Below, piece by piece: positions 58,598 to 64,000 of a stretch of 64,000 bases of DNA. Numbering within the stretch: position 1 is the first letter of the stretch; each line of letters begins with the position of its first letter. Origin of the DNA: a virus (lineage: Duplodnaviria > Caudoviricetes); IMG/VR virus record IMGVR_UViG_3300012983_000034, positions 45,935 to 109,934 of that record. One strand, given 5' to 3'. The notes beneath the pieces were generated by a model that ran no database searches, had not been told where the DNA came from, and worked only from the letters and a program-made list of their open reading frames with translations. A program made the translations under genes and the position numbers.

Positions 58598-58977
58598 CTT
58601 ACTTCCCTCCAGCCATTCCGCTCGATAATCCGTCTCATATTCTCCACACCTACTGGGTTTTGCGAGTGAATGCGAATAGGATAGTTGCGACCAAGCTCCT
58701 CAAGCCAGTCGAGGAGCTTGATATAATCCCCACCATCACAAGCATAATCACCAGCATCGTGGTCGATGTCAATGAGTTCAATAGTGTTATAGTAAATAGC
58801 TCTACGAATTTGCTCCACATAATAAGATAAATTACATTCAAAAGCTCTGTTATACTTTTCGCTCAAATTCTTGATACGCTCTTCGTGCTCAACGATTGAC
58901 TCTTTTGCTTCATTGACACTCTTACACCAAATATATCCATCTGGTGCTTCACGAAGGTCATCTATCCAAAGTTTCAT
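58594..58977 (-). CDS. Cyclic-phosphate-processing receiver domain protein
   Basis: LWIDDLR.AP, DIDHDAG, IHSQNPVG motifs. Confidence 0.75.
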   Translation of the reverse strand: MKLWIDDLREAPDGYIWCKSVNEAKESIVEHEERIKNLSEKYNRAFECNLSYYVEQIRRAIYYNTIELIDIDHDAGDYACDGGDYIKLLDWLEELGRNYPIRIHSQNPVGVENMRRIIERNGWREVR

Positions 58978-59159
58978 TATTATTCTTCCTCTTCAATTTC
59001 TCTTTCCGTAAACTCTTCACCATTCATAATTGCCGAAGCAATACTGTCAATAAAATCAAAATCATCACAATACATCAATTCTTCAATAATGTTGTTTGCC
59101 ATTCTCATAATTTCTGCCTTATTCATAATTAAAATCCTCCACTTAAAATCCTTCTTTTA

Positions 59160-59723
59160 TTAGTTATTAACTTTGTTATAAAATTCAATTGCATTTGCCA
59201 TATACTTGTCTCTAAACTCTTCCTTAAACACATTTAATGCTTTAATCATAGAGTCATAGTCTTTATTGAATACGGCAACAAACACTGGACAAAGACTTTC
59301 CCAATCACTAAACAAGCAAAAGTATTCTCCGTTTCTTTCAAAGGAACTTATATATCCAATTTCGTGAAATAATTTAAGAATAGATGAACCGCTCAACATT
59401 AAATTTCCATTCAACATTTCTTCTTTGATGTAATCCAAATCTTCGTTTCTTTCTTTAATGGTCTTGGCAATCTCTTCGCACTTTTTAATTTCATCTTCTC
59501 CGCCTTCAGAAACAAATTCCAAATAGTCTTCATCCCACCAAGCAGAGCTGCCACCAGTTTCTTTATCTAAGACACTATAACCACCGTAACATTCCCCCTT
59601 GCCATATCTTTCGCCATATGAATATTCAATTACACCAAGTCTGTCTGTATCGTATGAGTCTGGCTCTCCCCAAAATCCACATTTAAACTTAACAATATTA
59701 CCTCTCTTAAACATTTCAACCAC
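59160..59723 (-). CDS. Hypothetical protein
   Basis: Between repeat sites. Confidence 0.7.
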   Translation of the reverse strand: MVEMFKRGNIVKFKCGFWGEPDSYDTDRLGVIEYSYGERYGKGECYGGYSVLDKETGGSSAWWDEDYLEFVSEGGEDEIKKCEEIAKTIKERNEDLDYIKEEMLNGNLMLSGSSILKLFHEIGYISSFERNGEYFCLFSDWESLCPVFVAVFNKDYDSMIKALNVFKEEFRDKYMANAIEFYNKVNN

Positions 59724-60308
59724 TTAAAACCTTTCTTTTATTTGTTTCATAGCAAGTTTAAAAGCCAACATATACAAATCAAGAATGCCTGTTTCTTTCT
59801 TACCAATGTCATAAGCCCACTCCCAAGCATCACTATCTAATTCGCTTAGAACTTCATATCCATCTCTGCTGATTCCAGTTGCGTCAGAAAAGTCTGACAA
59901 TATATCGTCTAATATAGATTCTAATCTTTCTTCTTCATCTTTATAATAATATAAATCCGTACCATACAGCAGACCATATTCTTCTATGTATTTTGCCAAA
60001 TCTTTTCTTGCCAAGTCATCGTCGTAATAATAGATTGGTCTGTTATGACAATCTATTTTTTCTTCAAAATAACCCGTGTTATTCACAAAATCAGTAAACT
60101 TATCAAATGTCATATTACAATAATTAGACGCAATAAGTTCACCCAAATCACCAGATATATGTAAGCGATAGTAATCTTCTTCAAACAAAAATCGAATACG
60201 GTAATGGGATGATTCTGGATTTTTGAAATCAAGTATTTTTATATTTCCATAATCGGTGAAAGTTGCTATATGATTTTTGAAATTTTCCATTTGTCTTTCT
60301 AAATTCAT
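59724..60308 (-). CDS. Hypothetical phage protein
   Basis: LHISGDLG..YFEEK motif. Confidence 0.75.
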   Translation of the reverse strand: MNLERQMENFKNHIATFTDYGNIKILDFKNPESSHYRIRFLFEEDYYRLHISGDLGELIASNYCNMTFDKFTDFVNNTGYFEEKIDCHNRPIYYYDDDLARKDLAKYIEEYGLLYGTDLYYYKDEEERLESILDDILSDFSDATGISRDGYEVLSELDSDAWEWAYDIGKKETGILDLYMLAFKLAMKQIKERF

Positions 60309-60325
60309 AACTGCTTAATGCCTTT

Positions 60326-60547
60326 CTACACAATAATTCGTCCGTGCTCTTCTTCGAGTTCTCGACCACAATAAGGACAAAACTTAATACCAATATCTGC
60401 ACCAGACGGAACTTCTAAATGCCACAATCCGTTTTCATCAATCTGTATACAAGTGTCAAAGACTCTTCCAACAGGATAGCCGTCTATGATATGTTCTGGT
60501 AAGTCTTCATACTCTGTACAAAATCTACATCCAATGTTTCTTTCCAT
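60326..60547 (-). CDS. Zinc-ribbon hypothetical protein
   Basis: CRFC..IKFCPYCGR. Confidence 0.7.
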   Translation of the reverse strand: MERNIGCRFCTEYEDLPEHIIDGYPVGRVFDTCIQIDENGLWHLEVPSGADIGIKFCPYCGRELEEEHGRIIV

Positions 60548-60558
60548 TATCTTCCTCT

Positions 60559-61191
60559 TTAATCATTATAACTATCCCAGTCTTCTACTCTTTTATCGTT
60601 TTCTGGGTCATTATAATATTTATAAGCAAGTTTAGCTGGCATATCAGAGTCTTTTTGGTTATCCCACATAAGATATTCACACCAATTAGGCTTCTTGTCT
60701 TTATTATTCCAAGACCAAGATGGACTTTCAAACATCTCTGCATAAACATTGTGGTATCTGTCATTTTCACAAATAACACGATTACCTTTATCGTCGCTGT
60801 CGATATTTACGAGTACACTGCGTATATCAACTCGTTTTGCCAACCTACACAGCCACTTGATAAACTCTTTATAAGTATCATCGAATAACCTATCTCTAAA
60901 ATTACCTTCGACCACAAGAATATATGTGTCCTGTGTGCGCAACCACCCTCTTCTACGGCTGCGGTCTCCATAATCATCTTTCAAATTATTAGTAACCATC
61001 CCAAATTCATCACAAGAACTGCTTGAATTGTGCCCTGCTTTTTGAACAATATGCACATTCATATCTCTTTCCGAACCTGTTACAATAGGCAAATGCTCCA
61101 ATACAGTTTCAAGAATATATCTTTTTTCTGCCTGAGTTCTACCCATAGGAGTTACTTCAATCGTACCTGTTATATGCGTCCAATAACTCAT
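60559..61191 (-). CDS. Hypothetical protein
   Basis: GAGGTGG RBS. Confidence 0.75.
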   Translation of the reverse strand: MSYWTHITGTIEVTPMGRTQAEKRYILETVLEHLPIVTGSERDMNVHIVQKAGHNSSSSCDEFGMVTNNLKDDYGDRSRRRGWLRTQDTYILVVEGNFRDRLFDDTYKEFIKWLCRLAKRVDIRSVLVNIDSDDKGNRVICENDRYHNVYAEMFESPSWSWNNKDKKPNWCEYLMWDNQKDSDMPAKLAYKYYNDPENDKRVEDWDSYND

Positions 61192-61227
61192 ATTCCACCT
61201 CTAAATCTTCCACTTAAAAACCTTATT

Positions 61228-61935
61228 TTATGCGCCCAAGCCTTTCAGTTCCGCTACAAGTTCTGCCAACTTAGGATTATCAGAATACTTCTGAGCCATT
61301 TCCTCATAATATTCTACAGACTTTCTCTTATTAATTTCTTCTTCCAATTCTTTTTCAATAGCAGCCTTCTTCTTTTCAAGTTCTGCAAGTCTAAGCTTTT
61401 CTTCTTCTCTTGCAATATGTCCTCTCATATTTACAACGCCAACAACCTCTGCGGTAATTCTTCTTCCCTTGTTTGCCTCAATATCATAATATTCTTCAAC
61501 AGACATAATCTTCTTAAGAGTGCCAAGCAAACGATTGTTTTTTCCATTTGCATTAACCACTACCAATGCGCCGTCAATACGAATGTTCTCTTTGCAAAAA
61601 TAATCAAACTCTTCATCGTATAATGCGAAAGCATAGTCTTTCTTGTTATAATCCTCCAGCAAATTTACAATTGCAATATTCTTAAATCCTTCCATTTTAA
61701 TATCCTCACTTTCATCTTTAATAATTTTTACTTCGCTTTTGCTAAACCAATAAATACCATAAGTACTTGCCTTATTTCTCTTTCCTTCTATAAGAACACC
61801 AACATCATCGCTACTTATTCTTTCTACAATTCCGTGCTTGCCGATAACATTGTCTCTTATATAAGTAATTTTATCTGTGCTTTTAATTAAAACACATTTA
61901 CCCCTATAATGGTTATTCATATAATCTCTATCCAT
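61228..61935 (-). CDS. Hypothetical protein with C-terminal coiled coil
   Basis: Between repeat sites. Confidence 0.75.
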   Translation of the reverse strand: MDRDYMNNHYRGKCVLIKSTDKITYIRDNVIGKHGIVERISSDDVGVLIEGKRNKASTYGIYWFSKSEVKIIKDESEDIKMEGFKNIAIVNLLEDYNKKDYAFALYDEEFDYFCKENIRIDGALVVVNANGKNNRLLGTLKKIMSVEEYYDIEANKGRRITAEVVGVVNMRGHIAREEEKLRLAELEKKKAAIEKELEEEINKRKSVEYYEEMAQKYSDNPKLAELVAELKGLGA

Positions 61936-61969
61936 ATAACCTTACCTCTTAAAATTCTTGTTTTATATG

Positions 61970-62239
61970 TTACACTTCTTCAAAAAAGAAATCTCCAAGT
62001 TCTTGTTCGTTACCATTATCATCAATAAAAGTAATGTCTTCACAATCGCCAAACCCTTCGATTGCTACAACCTCATAAATTTTTCCTCTTGTAACTCCTT
62101 TTACTTGTTCTACATTTGGAGTTCCATTGAAAAATTTATCCAACCATTCGGCATTTTCTTTTACTCTTAAATATTTTCCACTCACTCTTCTTTTACCCGT
62201 ATACGGATTGGCATCAATATTTTCTCTTAATACACTCAT
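61970..62239 (-). CDS. Hypothetical protein
   Basis: GGAGG RBS. Confidence 0.65.
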   Translation of the reverse strand: MSVLRENIDANPYTGKRRVSGKYLRVKENAEWLDKFFNGTPNVEQVKGVTRGKIYEVVAIEGFGDCEDITFIDDNGNEQELGDFFFEEV

Positions 62240-62251
62240 AATAACCTCCAT

Positions 62252-62440
62252 TTAAAAATCTTCTTTTAATCGGCTCAATCGTTCTGCAAAATAACCAACC
62301 ATAAACAAGATTGACACAACGAACAGAACCCAAGCTGCCCTTTTATAATCTCCAGAAAATAAATCACGCATTGCAAACCCCAAACAAAAAGGACTAAATA
62401 CACGATTTATAACGCTCATTATATTTTTAAAAACTTCCAT
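62252..62440 (-). CDS. Small membrane protein
   Basis: Hydrophobic segments; between repeat sites. Confidence 0.6.
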   Translation of the reverse strand: MEVFKNIMSVINRVFSPFCLGFAMRDLFSGDYKRAAWVLFVVSILFMVGYFAERLSRLKEDF

Positions 62441-62471
62441 ATTTCCTACCTCTTAAAACTCTGCTTTTATG

Positions 62472-63146
62472 TTACTCTAAAACAACAATATCAACGCTGT
62501 CTCTTTCTTTGTTGGCTATAAATCTATGATAGCCATCAATCAGTCTATATTTATTTCCGTCCTTAACACATACAGCAATCGGCAATTCCCTATTTTGATA
62601 TTCTTCAATTACATTGTTTTCAAGTTTGATGAAATATTCCGTTTGAGGAAGTCGAATGTTATTGGGGGACACTTCGATGATAACTGCGGAAGTTGCGGAT
62701 TCTACACAATCAATAAGATAATTATATTCCAGCTTTAAACAATACTGAATCTTTTCAAGGACAGTATTTAATTCAAGTACTTCGTAGTAAGCATTAAAAA
62801 TCTTCTCTTCGTTCTCAAAGTAGACACCATACACTTCTTCACCATAATATCCGCCGCCTGTTTCAACCTCATAGAAATCCTTGTCATAGATTTTGAATGC
62901 ATAACAGATTCTATCAAAACAATACTCATCAATATAAGAGCCTGTTCTACTATGCTTACGATACAATTCATCTACCACATCACGAACATTAACCTTGTCT
63001 ACCCAAGCGTGTTCGATTGTGGTGCATCTGCAATAGTCATCATTTTCATAGGCATTACAATGACATTCACTTCTCTCATAATCGTAATCTACAATCCATT
63101 GCAGATTGGTCTTTTTAAAAATACATTTCTCCATAATATCCTCCAC
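62472..63146 (-). CDS. Protein with C-terminal ParB/Srx-like domain
   Basis: PQTE..PIAV....YRLIDGYHR. Confidence 0.7.
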   Translation of the reverse strand: MEDIMEKCIFKKTNLQWIVDYDYERSECHCNAYENDDYCRCTTIEHAWVDKVNVRDVVDELYRKHSRTGSYIDEYCFDRICYAFKIYDKDFYEVETGGGYYGEEVYGVYFENEEKIFNAYYEVLELNTVLEKIQYCLKLEYNYLIDCVESATSAVIIEVSPNNIRLPQTEYFIKLENNVIEEYQNRELPIAVCVKDGNKYRLIDGYHRFIANKERDSVDIVVLE

Positions 63147-63171
63147 TTAAAACTTTACTTTTATGTACTTA

Positions 63172-63372
63172 TTATTCCAACCACGGCTCTTCATTCCACA
63201 GATTCTCTCCGCAATACGGACAAAATTTCCAACCAACAATATCATCTCTTTCTTCTGTGTGTTTGTCTCCATAAATTATTTCTATCGCACCCAAAGAATT
63301 TCCACAATGGTCACATACATACTCGTAATATATATGTTCATTGGTAACAGAACTGTATCCGAATTTCACCAT
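63172..63372 (-). CDS. Zinc-ribbon hypothetical protein
   Basis: CDHCG..KFCPYCG. Confidence 0.65.
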   Translation of the reverse strand: MVKFGYSSVTNEHIYYEYVCDHCGNSLGAIEIIYGDKHTEERDDIVGWKFCPYCGENLWNEEPWLE

Positions 63373-63384
63373 ATCATATACCTC

Positions 63385-63666
63385 TTAAAATCTGTTTCTT
63401 ACAAAATCTCTTTGCTCTTTATTCAGTTCAAAACAAACTTCTATTGTATTAACATTGTCATAGTCAACCGTAAACGGCAAACCGCAAATAGTTCCAATGG
63501 TTGTTATATCACGCTCTGGATTAAACCACTGTAATCTAGCATCTCTGTTAAGGACATACAATATTCTCTCGCCCAAGATAACCTTGTTAGGCTTTATATG
63601 ATATAGCATTTCCATATGATAGTATTGTGTTTCAATGTTATTAATAATTTCATCAATATAATCCAT
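63385..63666 (-). CDS. Hypothetical protein
   Basis: GAGGT RBS. Confidence 0.65.
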   Translation of the reverse strand: MDYIDEIINNIETQYYHMEMLYHIKPNKVILGERILYVLNRDARLQWFNPERDITTIGTICGLPFTVDYDNVNTIEVCFELNKEQRDFVRNRF

Positions 63667-63692
63667 ACTTCTTACCTCTTAAAATCTGTCTT

Positions 63693-63908
63693 TTATTCTA
63701 TATCTACCAGTCTTCCACAATTAGGACAATAGTTAGGTGTACGGTTATCTTTTAGAACAGTAGAATCACCAAACATATAACGACTGTTCCAAGTTTCAAT
63801 TCTAATCAGCAAATCACAATCGGGACAGAAAAACTTTTTTCTATACCATCCTTCTTCTCTTGCTCTTTTTGTGTTTTTAAAATCTTCCGTATCAATTTCG
63901 ATTCTCAT
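63693..63908 (-). CDS. Zinc-ribbon hypothetical protein
   Basis: CPDC..NYCPNCG. Confidence 0.65.
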   Translation of the reverse strand: MRIEIDTEDFKNTKRAREEGWYRKKFFCPDCDLLIRIETWNSRYMFGDSTVLKDNRTPNYCPNCGRLVDIE

Positions 63909-64000
63909 ATGTTACCTCTCAAGCCAACTCGTTCAACATATTCTCTACTTTATCCAACTGTGCTTTATCCATAGCCTTGCCAGTTCTATTAAGCATCAAG

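Larger units (their letters stand above)
16472..63695. repeat. Dispersed TAAAA-N6-TTTTA inverted-repeat site at accessory-gene junctions (at least 35 exact copies)
   Basis: Starts at 16472, 18325, 18579, 30903, 32509, 32785, 33046, 33364, 33853, 36451, 36811, 37072, 37597, 44653, 49266, 51163, 51492, 52053, 52259, 53408, 53663, 53823, 54007, 54599, 56382, 56608, 56928, 59144, 59725, 61215, 61950, 62253, 62454, 63148, 63680; variants at 33550, 53138, 54922, 63386. Confidence 0.92.
1..64000. mobile_element. Large temperate phage genome segment (SPbeta-like architecture)
   Basis: Tail-fibre genes, serine integrase, phage-type replication/nucleotide genes, tRNA array and dense small hypothetical genes; no host operons. 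Confidence 0.93.

Noticed and set aside
16472-63695. CRISPR array or terminator explanation of the repeats
   Set aside because: Spacers are whole genes of variable length, there is no cas operon, and the 5-bp AT-only arms are too weak for intrinsic terminators.

Overview
This is a 64-kb segment of a large, AT-rich temperate phage with SPbeta-like organisation, standard genetic code and a probable Clostridia/Firmicutes host. 1-10.2 kb (+) holds the end of the virion module: tail-fibre/receptor-binding proteins including SGNH, InlB B-repeat and dockerin domains. 10.3-13.3 kb is the integration module: a large serine recombinase, small flanking ORFs, a serine-resolvase-like protein lacking the catalytic serine, and a candidate sRNA. 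13.3-64 kb (-) carries nucleotide metabolism genes (dNMP kinase, ThyA, dUTPase, NrdD/NrdG with redoxin and FTR-like partners), 7 tRNAs, replication genes (LigA, RecD2, DnaE, primase, helicase, AAA ATPase, SSB-like), two HNH/AP2 endonucleases, IscS, an MrpR-like degenerate tyrosine-recombinase protein and dozens of small accessory genes. The most striking feature is a 16-bp inverted-repeat site, TAAAA-N6-TTTTA, with a variable 6-nt core. It occurs at least 35 times, at the junctions of accessory genes, usually overlapping the upstream stop codon and abutting the downstream RBS. This looks like a phage gene-cassette (integron-like) system. One such cassette is a ~147-nt tRNA-shaped RNA with a greatly enlarged anticodon arm. 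All calls come from reading the sequence by eye; no searches were run.
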